Assembly (NCBI RefSeq): GCF_963921235.1
Contig: NC_086097.1
Location: 55,926,001-55,990,000, forward strand
Direction of reading: 5' to 3'
DNA from: Mobula hypostoma
Taxonomy: Eukaryota
Length of the DNA stretch: 64,000 bases
Shown here: positions 1 through 11,482 of the stretch, piece after piece
Layout of the letters: every line of letters begins with the position of its first letter
Numbering within the stretch: the first letter of the stretch is position 1
Position numbers and translations under genes: made by a program
Notes under the pieces: model-generated
The model's database searches: none
Told to the model about the DNA's origin: nothing
The model's input: only the letters and a program-made list of their open reading frames with translations

Positions 1-1669
1 AAAGAATGAAAATCTACTTTTAAAGATGGATAAATTGCAATTCTAAAAGATGAAGAACTTCACTACTTCTTGGGAAGTCTTGTGACCGGGCATCAGCCTG
101 TGAAGTAACATTGCAAAGTTTTAGTCTCATGCTACTTCCATCTTTTATCCTTTTTAATTAGAAGGCAAATTCTCAGACTGCTCGGCCTAATCCCTGCACA
201 GTCGAACAAAGCCCGCAATGTCTTTGAACGGTGTTCAGCCGGGCAGCACAAACCCTAGTAACTGATGGCAGTAGGGGCAGGATCCTGACCTCCATCCCAC
301 CATTCTTCACCAGCTCCTGATGTTCCCTGCCCCTTAGAACTTTGTTCCTTGCTCTTCTGTTTAAAGCCAGAAAGACAAAAGACCATGACAATGTGGGAAA
401 CCTATAGGATTGGCTAGGTAGGGTGGGGGAAGAATGTGGCAACTGGGAGAAAGCAAATGGAGTTTCACAGAAATAGACACAGTGGGGAGAATTGGATCAC
501 CAGATTATTTCTCTAGTCTCAAGAAATTTCTTCACACCTCACTAAATCTTTTCATTGACAATGCTACTTTTTAAGAATTGTTGCATTCCCCATTACCGTA
601 GGGGTGCTCAAGTAAACATCCAAAACCCTATTTAAGAGACCAAAGTACCATATGTCTTAATACTGCCCTGAGTTGACTACCTTTATGTTGAAGGAGCTAT
701 AAAAGCATCTTGTTTCCTGACACTGCTTTCAGAAAGCCTTGCAAACAAACTAGTTATGTTAATGCAAATCAGCAGTCACCCAGAGCTACAATAGAAAGAT
801 TGGTCTTCTAGCAGTTTACAATGTATTCTGAAACCAATAGTACTATATACTTCACTGGGGATGCATTTCAAACCTTTAACAAATTCAGATAAGTGCAGTA
901 ACAAGTGGCCTTCAATTATGTCACTGAGGTTGTTGGTTGTGCACAACATTGCTGTTTTCCATTAAATCTCAGACCTGATGTTTTCTTATACGATGAAAAT
1001 TTAAGAATATATTTATTTCCGGGATTACTTTTTAAATTCAAAGTCACTTATTTGAACTGAATGAATTAGGTTCCGTTTTTTATTCAAGGGAGGCCCTGAA
1101 TCTTTGGGAGTGTTTTATACTGTAATTTATATCTATCCATTGATCAAAAATTTCATTTTAATACATGGAATATCAAAATAGTTTGTAATTTGGGGACTGA
1201 CTTTCACAATTCTCTGCATTTATCCATGAAAATGTGGCCTTGTATATTTCTTTCTTTCATTCTTCAGCAAGTCCTTTCATACAGAGCTCTCTGTAGCAAT
1301 TATCAAGCCTCCTCAATCTCCCATCTTTCTTTTTCTTTTAACTCTGTATACCTACAGTACATACTAGTTAATTAGCATCTAAGAAAAACATGTTGCTGGC
1401 AAGTCTAAAAGACTGAGCCTTTCCATTTCCGTATTCTCGGTGAATTTACTCAACACCTACATAACTTTGAATTATTACCATGATATTTTTCATTTGGCTA
1501 TATACTTTTGATCAACAACCTGTTGAATTGTGAAGAAAGTTAGGAACGTCCATCTTAAATATTTTATGAAGATCAACTGGAAGCAAATAGGATTAGGATT
1601 TTCTCATAAAACAGGAAATATTTGAATGAATAATGAGCATGAGAACGTTTTGTTTTTAAACTGAACATA

Positions 1670-2196
1670 CACTCAGTGGCCTCTTTTTGAGGTACACCAG
1701 TAGACCTGCTTGTTAATGTAAATTTGCCAGTCATGTGGCAACAACTCAATGCATACTAGCATGCAGGCATGGTCAAAAGGCTCGGACCAAACATCAGAAT
1801 GGGAAAGACATGTGATCTAAGTGACTTTGACCATGGAATGATTGTTGATCTCAGACAGGATGGTCTGAGTATCTCAGAACTTGCTGATCATCTGAGATTT
1901 TCATGCACAACAATCTCTGGAGCTTACAGAAAATGATGCAAAAAATATTTTAAAAATCCAGTGAGTGGCGGTTCTGTGGGCAAAAATGCCTTGTTGATGA
2001 GGGACGCCAGAGGAGAATGGCCAGACTGGTTCTAGCAGATAAGAGGGTGACAATAGAACCATGGATTACAGCAATTGTATGCAGAAGAGCATCTCTGAAC
2101 ACATAGCATGTCGAACCTTGAAATGAATGAACTGCAGCAGCAGAAGACCACAAATATACATTCAGTGGCCACTTTATTAGGTATAGGAAGCACCTA
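1670..2196 (+). mobile_element. Tc1/mariner non-autonomous element with a decayed transposase N-terminus
   Basis: Begins TA|CACTCAGTGGCC. From ATG 1799 it reads MGKTCDLSDFDHGMIVDLRQDGLSISELADHLRFSCTTISGAYRK*, a Tc1 paired-like HTH start. The terminal sequence recurs at 2157 (TACATTCAGTGGCCACTTTATTAGGT). Confidence 0.85.
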
Positions 2197-3277
2197 TAGG
2201 AATGCGTTTTCCCCCAATTTTACTTCAAGAAATCTCCTTTAACATTTCTAATTGTTTATTTATAGGAAGTTGATATGCTACATCAGTAACTAGTTTTGTC
2301 TGAGAATTTGCACTGGATGGCAAGTGTGGTCATTTTCTTCTTACAGTTATCAATACCATAACTTAGGCCAGATCTAAATACTCATTCTGAAAATTAATTT
2401 TTCATGGATGGCTCTGTGGTTTTAATGTGCTCTGATTTTAAAATTCCATTTGATTGGGGTTGTCATTGCAGTATTGGTTATTATCTTCATGTCCAAGATT
2501 GCTCCTGTAGCATCACTAGAACATTTTATAGTGGACTTCCCTACATTGCAGTCAAGGATAGCCCATACTTTATTCTGTCAAATGGTTTCATTTTTTATGT
2601 GAAAGTCTCAATATATTTAGTCAAAAAAAGCCTTAATGAAATGGAGAACTGGCTTAGGATTTTCAAAGTGTAATCAACCTATAATTGTTAATCAATAATC
2701 TACACTCTGAACCACGTTAGAGATCTGCACTATAAGTGGTGTTAGCATAAATTGGCAATCAGTTCACAAACACACACACAAAAATGAAAATAATGGAGAC
2801 ATTCAGCCAGCATTTCTGGAGAGAGAAATTTAAAGCACTGAATATAGAATTAAGTATTCTATATTTAATATTACGCATGTAGAGAGCTTCAACAATTGCA
2901 TGTAGCAATCATACTGAAAATTATTACCAGTTATCTGCTGAGTATTCCTTTAAAGAGGCTCATAAATTGGCAAAATCTTCCAACTAGGATCTCTATTTCA
3001 TTTTTTAATATGTTCTTTCTTCTGTGATCATTGTAGTTTTTCCTTTCAGTGAGTTGTTGACTTTGTGGAAGGGTAGATGACTATAAGTAGGAGATGGGCA
3101 GAAGGAGAGATTTTTTGTCATTTAGAAAATTGGTTATTTGCTCTCATCTTTCCAGAAATAAAAATTAGGTATTTAATGAAAATTTTAATGTCCATTTTGC
3201 ATTGAATTGATCTTTCAGGTTTTTAATTTGATTGTGCTTGGGCTTATTTTAATATTGGCGATACTAAATTAATCATT

Positions 3278-3545
3278 GGGTGGGACAGTAGTTAGCACAA
3301 TGCTTTACAGTACCAGTGACCCAGGTTCAATTCCTACTGCTGTCTATAAGGAGTTTGTAGGTTCACCATGTGACTGCATGTGTTTCCTCCGGGTGCTCCG
3401 GATTCCTCCCTCAGCCCAAAGACATACCAGCTGGTAAGTTAATTGGTCATCGTAAATTGTCCTGTGAATAGTCTAGGGTTAAATCAAGTGGTGCAGTGCC
3501 AGAAGACCATGTTCTGTGCTATATCTCAATAAATAAATAAATAAA
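3278..3545 (+). mobile_element. tRNA-derived SINE with V-domain-like core
   Basis: B box GGTTCAATTCC, core GTTTCCTCCGGGTGCTCCGGATTCCTCCC...CCAAAGAC and a (TAAA)n tail. Five related copies occur in the window. Confidence 0.85.
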
Positions 3546-4391
3546 ATTCTTCCAGTGTCAAAATCATGTAACTTGAAAAAAATAGTATTTAAAAATTCCC
3601 AGTTTGCAATTCATGGTGCACCAGAAAAATGGACATCTTATTTTTGGAACATGTTCCGCAACCCATTCCATCCCACCATCCATCTCCTGCATTCCATGAA
3701 CAAGGTTCAATACCAAAAGTCAACAATGGTCTTGATGTCCAGAAATACTAAGACAGTTATTTGTGAGACATACATTGGATAATGCAAACCAGTATGTCGA
3801 GCCTTAGGTTAACAGTAACTTTGCCTCAATCTGCATGGATGTCTTCACCTTCTATTATTACTTCCTGTATAGAATTCCTGCAGGAGTCTCGGAAGCCAAG
3901 AAGCCTTCTGAATGGGGCCTTCAAGAACCTGCTTAAAAACAGAGGTAGTAAAATTGTGGGGATTTAAAACAATTTTGATGCAAAAGGTTTTATAATGAAG
4001 CATGTACTTTCAACATAAGTCAGTGGTTTAATCCCTTATTGTTTACATTCTTCAATAATCTGTTTTCCCTTTTTATTGAGATCTGAACACAGGCCTGACA
4101 CTATTTGTCATTGTGCTATAAATGAACAGCAGGTCTTTTCTTGCTGTTTCAATCCCGTCTTACTGATATATGTATCATATATCTGTGTAACTTTTTGCCT
4201 TGAATTACTGCAATCCTTGTCCATAAAATCAAGTTAACTAAAAAACAGATTCAAACCTTCACTCAAACCTAACATTGCATTATCTCTTTAAGCACATAAT
4301 TCCTTTAATTACGCTAAATGAAAAATAAGCATATGAAATTTTATTTTCTTTATTGCTAAAATTAATTTTTCAATTAATATTTTAAATGGAA

Positions 4392-4745
4392 TGACTTGCA
4401 TTTGTGAAAGCATTTCACAATCCAAGATGTCCCAAGTGCTTCACAACCGGTAGAAGAAACACAACAAACCAATTTTCACATGGCAAGCTCACATAATACG
4501 GTCATTTATTCCATTTACTTTAAATGCTAGTTGCACTTTAATTGAAAAGTGGGGTATGGGGCGATCCCATTTACTCTTCCTCAAGTAGAACTCTAGCTTA
4601 GCTTCCATAAGAGTGACTAAAAATAACAGTAAATTACTATCTTTTCCAGAGGACAGTAGCTCTGACAATATACAACACAGAAATGCCTGGATCAAGTCTG
4701 CATGTCTCAAATCTTGACCCATGGCACCGAGTCAAAGCTGACACA
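4392..4745 (-). mobile_element. Ancient DeuSINE (SacSINE1/AmnSINE1-like) relic
   Basis: Plus strand reads ACTTGCATTTGTGAAAGCATTTCACAA...GATGTCCCAAGTGCTTCACA at one end and GAGTCAAAGCTGACAC at the other, resembling the reverse complement of the DeuSINE tail and head. Heavily diverged. Confidence 0.6.
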
Positions 4746-4800
4746 TTGGGATGGAGATCAAGCAACAATCCCCAAGATTGCTATTTCATTTATTTTTTTG

Positions 4801-5072
4801 CTGAACTGAGGCTGAGGCTGTGGGCCTGCTCTGGCTGCCCGGGCTCGGTGATGTTTTACTCCACTACGTGCTGAACTGAGGCTGAGGCTGAGGCTGTGGG
4901 CCTGCTCTGGCTGTCCGGGCTCGGTGACGTTTTACTCCACCATGTGCTGAACTGAGGCTGAGGCTGAGGTTGTGAGCCTGCTCTGGCTGCCCCGGGCTCG
5001 GTGATGTTTTACTCCACTACGTGCTGAACTGAGGCTGAGGCTGTGGGCCTGCTCTGGCTGCTCCAGGCTTCG
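4801..5072 (+). repeat. GC-rich minisatellite, about 3.6 units of 70-77 bp
   Basis: Units start at 4801, 4871, 4947 and 5024 (CTGAACTGAGGCTGAGGCTGTGGGCCTGCTCTGGCTG...). Lengths differ mainly by the number of internal GAGGCT hexamers. Confidence 0.95.
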
Positions 5073-5089
5073 TATCTGAGGATTCATTT

Positions 5090-5272
5090 TCATTTCAAAT
5101 GCTATTTGCTTGCTTTTACTCTTTGCACGATTTCTCTTTTACCCCTTCTTTTTTGTCAGTCTTTTCTCAATGCTTTTTTTTGGGTTTCTTGTTTTGTGGC
5201 TGCCTGTAAGGAGATGATACTCAGGGCTGTGTAGTGTACATATACTCCGGTGATAAATGTATCTTGAACTTT
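5090..5272 (+). mobile_element. Rex1/Babar-type LINE 3' tail joined to the minisatellite
   Basis: GAGATGATACTCAGGGCTGTGTAG...GATAAATGTATCTTGAACTTT matches the reverse complement of the tails at 23712, 50140 and 50900. Confidence 0.7.
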
Positions 5273-6027
5273 TGCAGCGTACATTGTAAAAAGGAAATAA
5301 ATTGACAGAGCATTATAGATTAGAATAAGCAGAGAGAGACAACAGCAGCACACTGTAAAGGACTTGAGTCAAATCGAGTTATCACAAAAACCAATCAGAA
5401 TAATTGTAAATGAATGGAGAAAGACACATTAGTAGTATCAAGAAGATGAAATATGACTGGGACTATTCACCTCAATGAACTGTTAGCAAATGTATGAATA
5501 GCAATGAGTTTATAAATTATTCGTGTACATTCTGTTTCAGTGAAACACCCTTTAAAGTGAAATCGTAGAATTGGTGGTGATGTGATTTTATTTGGAAAGT
5601 GTAATCCATAAAGTTCCAATAATCTCCTCAGTGTTGACCCCCTCCCCTTTTCTTGATCCCAAGTGTGAAGGACAAGGACAAGTTCTTTGATATCCAACAC
5701 AACATCAAACAGTCAGTTCAGCCAATCACTGAAGAATTCTCAGAGCCAAATAACTGGGAGGTAAAAGAAATACAATTTTCAATTCATATTTTAAACCAAA
5801 TGCCATAAAATAGCAGATGAACACAGAGTTAGCAATATAATGAATAAAAAATAAGTAATATTTAATATCCATTACATTTTATATATATTCTGAGGAAATG
5901 ACTATTCACACACATAACATTAGCTTTTTTAGAACACAGGACTCTGTTAACAAGTAAATACAGTTAAGTAAACCATCGAATACTGACACACCTCATGAAA
6001 TAAAACACAACAATTTTAGTCAACTAC

Positions 6028-6475
6028 TTGGATTTCCAGCATCTGCAGATTTTCTCTTGTTTGTGATTGGATTGCTACACTGCAAAGTCTCTTTAGGGAT
6101 GCCTACCCTGAAGAAGTTTAAATCTTCCCTTCAACAGAATTTCAGTGAAACCCTCTCTCACTGCTCCCCCTCTGATCTCTGCTGCTCTCCGAATCTTTGA
6201 CCCACTACCACAGCGATGATCTCTTTCACCAATCAACTTAAGCTTTTTACTTCACCCCTCCCCCCTCCTGGTTTCACCTTTACCTTGTGTTCTTCCTCCC
6301 CTCCTCCACCTTCTTACTCTGACTCCTCATCTCTTTTCTCCAGTCCTGAGGAAGGGTCTCGGCCCAACGTATCAACTGTACTCTTCTCCATAGATGCTGC
6401 CTGGCCTGATGAGTTTCTCCAGCATTTTGTGTGTGTTGCTTAGATTACCAGCTTCTGCAGATTTTCTCTTGTTTG
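6028..6475 (+). mobile_element. Penelope-like element remnant with directly repeated terminal segment
   Basis: GATTTCCAGCATCTGCAGATTTTCTCTTGTTTG near 6031 recurs as GATTACCAGCTTCTGCAGATTTTCTCTTGTTTG near 6443. The remnant also has a pyrimidine-rich body and a hammerhead-like motif at 6341-6378. Confidence 0.75.
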
Positions 6476-6834
6476 GAATTTTAGTCAGAAGGAACGGTTT
6501 AGTTGGTGGTGAGAAAAGTTAGCAAAGGATAGAATTTCCTCTGATGACTAGGTTTTAGTCTAATTTTGGAGAAGGTAGCAAAGTTGCAGATCATATGGAG
6601 GAAGAGGGAATCATTACTGGCAGTTTCTGGGTTGCAGAGTTTAACTGTGCATGTGCACATTACAGAAGTTTCTGGAAGCACCATGATACAATAATGAATA
6701 TTAAGAGCTTCACTATCATGCCAACCACACCATCCAAGCCAATATCCTTGAGCCACCTGAAACACTGCTGACTATTGGTGCAAATTACAGAAAAGGAATC
6801 GAGTACAATTTGAGTTATAAACATTACAAGCCAA

Positions 6835-7012
6835 CAACATAACTGTGGAGGCCAATTGACTGGATATATTTAAAATGGAGTTTAATATGTTCTTGACTGG
6901 TAAGGATGTCAAGAGTTCCAGGGAGAAGGCAGGAGAATGGGGTTGAGAGGATTCATGGCAGAGTAGACTTGATGGACCAAATTCTGCCCCAATGCAATAT
7001 GGTCTTACGTTC
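6835..7012 (+). mobile_element. CR1 LINE 3' fragment
   Basis: GTGGAGGCCAA...GGATATATTTAAAATGGAG...GGGAGAAGGCAGGAGAATGGGG...ATGGTCTTA is the same tail family as 62793-62956. Confidence 0.8.
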
Positions 7013-7486
7013 TGACATAATGCATAGACAGGCTTTTGAATGAGAGTAACAAAATAAATCAAATATAATCAGATATCCAGGTAAAAGCTTCTAGTTTAAG
7101 AGGACAGGTAAAGTGTAGGCTCAATGTAGACAGTGATATTCCATGCTGTCATCTTTCATCATCAGAGAAACCGGTAATATTTAACGTTGATGGGTTTCAA
7201 AATAGTTGACGATGGTATGTTGTTTGCAGCAAAGGTTTAAACTAAGAATATTGTAGACAATATTGCAATGCTTCCAATCATAATACCATTCGTCACTTAG
7301 GCTGAGGCATGATCATTGAAGTGCTTTCTAGATGGTCTTCTAGGCTAGAAAAAGACTAATGACAGATTGATTAAGTCAGCGTGAATCAATATCTTAGTAA
7401 ATGTAGCAGCTGCATTCTCTAAGCTAACATGTACCACATTCATGCTTGTGGAGACAGGTAGACAGAGCATTGACACAGATAAAATC

Positions 7487-8791
7487 TTTCTTTTTTCTTT
7501 TTCAATCTTTTTATTAGTTTCATAAAATATAAACATAACATAGCAATAATACAAAATTGTTGGAAATACATTGTTATACTTAAAATGAGTAATTATAAAA
7601 CCAAATAGTATGAATTGAGAAAATTCCCAATCATGTAGGATAACAATGAATAATACAGGACAAAAAAAAACTGGAGAAAAATCATGAAAAAGAAAAAAAA
7701 ATAGATAAAAAACAAACCCCACCCCAAAAAAAACTAAACTAAACAGAATTAGTCAACTAAACTAAAAGACTTGAGCAATTCTAACAACGTAAAAATGGAA
7801 GAGAAGAAAACCTTAGTGTCGACGACTCCATTCCTCTCAACCAACAGTACAGAGAAGTAAAATAAGTTTGGAAATGGTCAAATTACATCATATGAAAATG
7901 CTGAACAAATGGCCTCCAAGTTTTTTCAAATTTAATGGAGGGTCATAAACCACACTTCTACTTTTTTCCAAATTCAAACACAACATAGTTTGTGAAAATC
8001 AGTGAAATACAGTAGGAGGGTTAATCTCTTTCCAATTGATCAAAATGGAACTTTCCTTTTTCAACCTTCCACTATGGATCAAGCTTACTTTGTTTGGAAA
8101 ACCAAAGGTATAGTACGTTTTTGTAATTTATTTTTGGATAATTGTTTCATGTCTTTTGATCAACTTTCTAATAAATATAATTTACCCAGATCTCACTTTT
8201 TTAGATACCTACAGATTAGAAACTTTTTAATTACTGCTTCTCCTAATTTTCCACACCCATATCCAATGGATACTTTGGAAAAAATTTTAGATCTAAATCT
8301 CTTCAGAAAAGTGTTGTAGCAATTATTTATAACATAATTATGAACTTATGTCCTGATGTTTCCAATAAAATTAAAACTGATTGGGAAAGAGAACTTAAGA
8401 TTATTATACCAATTGAAAAATGGGAAAAAATTCTTCAATTGGTTAATTCATCCTCTATATGTGCTAAACATGTGTTGATACAATTTAAAGTAGTGCACAG
8501 GGCTCATATATCTAAAGATAAACTATCTCATTATTATTCTTATATTAATCCTATATGTGATAGATGTCATTCCAAGATAGCTTCTTTAACTCACATGTTT
8601 TGGTCATGTTCTTTGTTGGAAAAATATTGGAAAGATATTTTTGATATTATTTCAATGGTTTTGAATACAGACTTACAACCTGACCCAATTACTGCTATTT
8701 TTGGATTACCAATGATAGACTCAAATCATTCAACCTCTTCAGCACGCCGGATGATTGCATTTCTTACTTTAATGGCTAGAAGATCCATTTT
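7487..8791 (-). mobile_element. 5'-truncated, 5'-inverted L1-clade LINE
   Basis: 7487-8049 on the minus strand holds the ORF2 C-terminus (SILINWKEINPPTVFH), a 3'UTR, AATAAA (7510-7515) and an A-rich tail. 8050-8791 is upstream ORF2 on the plus strand with the zinc knuckle CDRC...HMFWSC. TSD ACAGATAAAATC lies at 7475-7486 and 8792-8803. Confidence 0.93.
8050..8791 (+). pseudogene. Inverted L1 ORF2 segment, post-RT region with zf-RVT-like motif, frameshifted
   Basis: ORFs 8002-8319 and 8340-8834 give FLFQPS...WKTKGI...HFFRYLQIRNF...LIQFKVVHRAH...CDRC...HMFWSC...MARRSI, typical of fish L1/Tx1-like ORF2. Confidence 0.88.
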
Positions 8792-8979
8792 ACAGATAAA
8801 ATCAACAATAAGTTTCATTATAGAACCTAACTAGGTATCAACCCATCACAGTTCATGAGCTGTGCTGGAGATCTGGAAAAGTCACCAAGCTGACTACGAC
8901 TGTAGACATGGCTGTTCTCCACGTTGATCCGCCAGGAGATAGCGAATAACATGTGGTAGTCATGCCAACAGGGGGCAGA

Positions 8980-9480
8980 AGTAAAGGTGTGCCAGGAGGA
9001 AGGATAAGCAGAGGAAGCTGAAATGAAATAAATTGTGAGAACATGAAGTACAAGACTGGAATGACTGATTATCTGAAATGCTGAATTTGGTGTTGAATCC
9101 TGAAGGCTGTAAGGTGCAAGTCAGATGTTCTGCTGTTCTTGCAGCTTCGTTGAAACAGCATAGGAGGTCGTTGTGCAAATGGGATGGAGAATTAAGTATC
9201 AAGATCAAAGTGGTGAACTGAACAGTATGTTCTGCAAAGCGGTCACAAGTTCATATTTTGGTTGCCCAAAGCAGAGGAGAGCACATCATGATCATCAGAA
9301 GCAGAAAGCCATATTGGAAGAGTTGAATGAAATACCTTCTTCATTTGGAATTAATATTTAGGTCCCTGGGTAATGGGAGGGAAGGAATTAAATGATAGTT
9401 ATCGCATCTCTTGCAGTTGGCGTGGAGGGCGCCACAAGTAGGGTGGTGAATTAGTGGAGATGGAAAAGTCAACCCGAATA
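8980..9480 (-). mobile_element. Old Penelope-like fragment, GIY-YIG region
   Basis: Colinear by eye with the better preserved copy at 57770-58170. The minus strand reads HLTCTLQPSGFNTKFS, resembling the Penelope C-terminal LGxLQPxGxNxxFS. Confidence 0.6.
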
Positions 9481-10544
9481 AATTAACAAATATGTTGAGG
9501 CAGAGATTATCATTTTCAAAGCTATATAGATTTCCAATACAAAACTCGTATTTAACTAATCAAATAATTTGAAATATCCGTAGGAGTGATGGTGAAAGAA
9601 AATCCAGTGGAGAACTTGTGTTTAAATCTCACAGTTCTGTCTGAATTTAATTGAATGCTGGAAGTTCAAAAATTCAATCACTCACACTTTTTTTTTAAAT
9701 TAATCATCTAAAACATAGGAAGATATATTTAGCCAAGCAAAACAAGTCGAGCTTACCTGAAGACTAACGGTTTGGATTTAACTTTATCCCTCTGCTTTGA
9801 CTTCTAATTTGTTTACATATGCCGTTTGGATTCTTTTGTTACCAATGTCCCAAATTCTCTCCATTTCTGCACCTCAGATTCGCTTTCAGTCCTTCCCAAC
9901 TACAGTTAACCTCTGCATGCGGTGACAATGTTGTCCTTCCCCCAAAAGCTGTTACTAGTCAGCACCATCACATCAGCGGCAATATTAAATTGGCCTATAA
10001 CCTATAAAGGTTTTGCAGCCAGGAAAGAATGGGAGTCTCGGCATTGCCTTTTTCTCTCAGTGGGAGATGGAGAGAAACTGAAGTAGTATTAATCACAGCT
10101 TGATTGGAGTGTGTAGAAAAGAGGGATTTTAGACAAAGTCTTGCAGGGTAATTGAAGCTAGAGAGTTGAACATGGGAGGAGGGGAAATGAAGCAATTACC
10201 TGCTTGAAGTGTTGTGCGTGCCCCTAAACACTGTATGGGTATCATGGGCTTTTAAAGAGGCATGAAGTCCAGTCCTGCTAGAATATTACTCAAGATATAC
10301 TACAGTCGATGTTATATGTACTTTATACTGGATCCTTTGTAACGTGCTGGCAATCCTTTTCTCTCCCTCAGCTCCAGCTCCAATGTGTTTGAGGAGCTGA
10401 AGGCAGTCTGTGTGTGTTCACAGTTCCTCGGTGCCATTTAAATGAGCCCCGAGCGTTAACTCACTCAGGCCCCTCTTCACTGTGGCAAACTCTCAAATTA
10501 CAAAAGGCTTGAGAAGCATCTTTGGTAAGTAGCATCTCCTGGGC

Positions 10545-10817
10545 GCCAGGATACTGCAGCAGTTGGAACGACGCTATTACAGCTCGGGCTGATCCGGTGC
10601 TGTTCAGTAAGCAGTCCTCCCCAAGGAATACGTGGGTTTTCCCTGGGTACTCCGGTTTCCTCCTGCAGTTCACAGATGTACCGGCTAGGTGGATTGGTCA
10701 TTGTAAATTGCCTCATGATAAGTTTGGGGTTAATTGGAGGTGTGGGGTTGTGGGGCTGCTGGGGCGGCTTCGCTTGAAGAGCCGGTAAGGCCTACTTCCC
10801 GTTGTATCGCTAGATAA
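10545..10817 (+). mobile_element. V-domain tRNA SINE
   Basis: Core CGTGGGTTTTCCCTGGGTACTCCGGTTTCCTCC...ATTGGTCATTGTAAATTGCC. Confidence 0.8.
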
Positions 10818-11055
10818 AGAGCTGTCCAGCTCTTGGCTCCATCCCTCCCCCTCCTGTCTTCTCCTATCATTTTGGATCTCCCCCTCCCCCTCCCACTTTC
10901 AAATCTCTTCTTTCAGTTAGGCCTGACAAAGAGTCTCAACCTGAAATGTCGACCGTACCTCTTCCGAAAGATGCTGCCTGGCCTGCTGCGTTCACCAGTA
11001 ACTTTGATGTGTGTTGCTTGAATTTCCAGCATCTGCAGATTTCCTCGTGTTTGCG
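10818..11055 (+). mobile_element. Penelope-like 3' terminal repeat
   Basis: A pyrimidine-rich body followed by CTGACAAAGAGTCTCAACCTGAAATGTCGAC...GATGCTGCCTGGCCTGCTG...TTTCCAGCATCTGCAGA. Confidence 0.8.
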
Positions 11056-11249
11056 TTTTTTAAAATAAAATTATCCTGTGTTGCAAAAAATAGAAGGCTT
11101 CATCGAATATGGTGAACAGAGCCCATGAGTACATTCCACTGTTAAGTTATGCAGATTAGAAGGGCGAGACATTGTTTGGACCCAACATGACTTCCTACTG
11201 TGACTGGTGATGGTGAGACACGCCTCGTTAAAACTTTTATGCATGTATG

Positions 11250-11482
11250 TCAGAGTTCAAAGTTCAATCCCAGCATCCTTTGTAAGGAGTCTGCAGGTCC
11301 TCCCCGTGAATGCGTGGGTTTCCTCTGGGTGCTCTGCCACAGTCTAAAGATGTACCGGTTAATAGGTGAGTTGGGCATTGTAAAGTTTCCTGTCACTAGG
11401 CTGGGGTTAAATTAGAGGGTTGCTGGCCCTGTGGCTTTAAGGGCCGTGTGGCCCTATATCTCTACAGAACAGTATCTCTAAA
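11250..11482 (+). mobile_element. V-domain tRNA SINE
   Basis: GTTCAATCCC B box, TGTAAGGAG, GCGTGGGTTTCCTCTGGGTGCTC core and GTATCTCTAAATA tail. Confidence 0.8.

Noticed and set aside
4801..5072. Tandem array as a CRISPR array or ribozyme array
   Set aside because: The units repeat in full with no unique spacers, there are no cas genes, the context is eukaryotic, and no CTGANGA/GAAA core is present.
10360..10453. Small hairpins (TCAGCTCC/GGAGCTGA and CTCGG...CCGAG) as a pre-miRNA
   Set aside because: The stems are too short for a Drosha substrate and I recognise no mature miRNA sequence.
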